A stretch of 62,501 nt of DNA, counting the filler, from Choristocarpus tenellus KU-1152 (lineage: Eukaryota > Protista > Phaeophyceae): the NCBI GenBank assembly GCA_964200185.2. It is 14 parts of 14 records of this genome, joined end to end, with 100 filler letters (N's around TTAATTAATTAA, not from the genome) between each part and the next. Parts side by side here need not be neighbours in the genome. Positions count along the whole stretch, not along the records: positions 57,517 to 62,501 come from CAXNAD020012275.1; 13 more parts are not named here. One strand, 5' to 3'. The notes beneath the pieces are model-generated. The model was not told the DNA's origin. It did no database searches and was given only the letters and a program-made list of their open reading frames with translations. The position numbers and the translations under genes are program-made. This document shows, piece after piece, positions 61,770 through 62,501 of this stretch (the first letter of the stretch is position 1; each line of letters starts with the position of its first letter).

Positions 61770-62501
61770 GTGTTTCTATTCAAACTGCCATTGGTTGGTT
61801 ATCGCTTTCAGTGTGTGTGTGTGTGTGTATGCAGTGGTGTTGGTGGGATACGAGAGTAGTCATGTCACCAATGATGGGGGCTAATAGGGGGGAGGGGTGG
61901 CAGGGATACTGCCTCCCATAGCAGTACAAACTCTCATACAAGTGTGTTATTTCATTTAATGTGCAGCGATTGATTGTGGGTTTTTGTGCCACACCTCTCA
62001 ACCTGTCCTTTCTCAACCTGACTCGGAAAGATCCTTCTCTCCTTTCTTCTACATCTCCTTTGTTGATATTTGGGAGGCGTTTTGCGACTCTTTCCCACCG
62101 CCCACCCCTACCTCTGCTCGTGAGACAAGTACCCTGTTCTCTAGGAATGTGCAGTCAATAAGTTTCCAGTCAATTGGATAAGAATAGAGGCGGTGTTAGA
62201 AGGCGGTCGGTCTTGAACCTCATCAAGGGCAGAAAAATTTCGTTTTTTTTCAACTTCAAAATCGGAGGGGTTGGCAGAATGGTTACTATGGTAGTGAATT
62301 TATTGTTGATGTTTCAAGGTATACCCCCCATACACTGCCAGTGGTTTCTTGCATGGTTATACCACTGTGCTGCCGACCAATAAATGAGAAAAAAAAAAAA
62401 AAACTCCACGCCTCCTATTTTCACCCTGCGTTTAACCCTAACCCTCTACATTATTTTTTTTTTTTTTTCTTTTATAAGGCCTGAATTCAATCATTTTTGA
62501 G

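Overview
Eukaryotic nuclear DNA that is intron-rich and repeat-rich. It is not one locus: 14 short contigs are joined by artificial spacers of about 100 nt (N44-TTAATTAATTAA-N44), so nothing can be inferred across a spacer. TTAGGG motifs, a flagellar assembly gene and the TE types suggest a flagellated stramenopile, probably a brown alga (inference). Recognisable host genes: first exon of cyclophilin PPIL4/CYP59 (1502-1605), a complete two-exon CCDC103/DNAAF19 (29476-30837), four exons of a DHRS7-like short-chain dehydrogenase (33164-38949, one GC-AG intron) and three exons of BOP1/ERB1 (59409-61769). There is also an orphan three-exon Arg/Gly/Met/Pro-rich gene (7884-10046). Most other recognisable sequence is transposon-derived: a decayed Ty3/Gypsy element, three Ty1/Copia pieces from two families, CRE-like RLE non-LTR retrotransposon 3' ends, a DD39D-like mariner with Stowaway-type TIRs inside an intron, and many MITEs sharing a CAAAGTATC terminus that sit at many contig breaks. 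I did not find a clear new multi-gene system. The best leads are a repeated, unannotated ORF family with Tudor-like barrels (56255-57415 and about 53100-53740), the shared-terminus MITE group with possible 4-bp TSDs, and a conserved 3' stem-loop on the CRE-like LINE.
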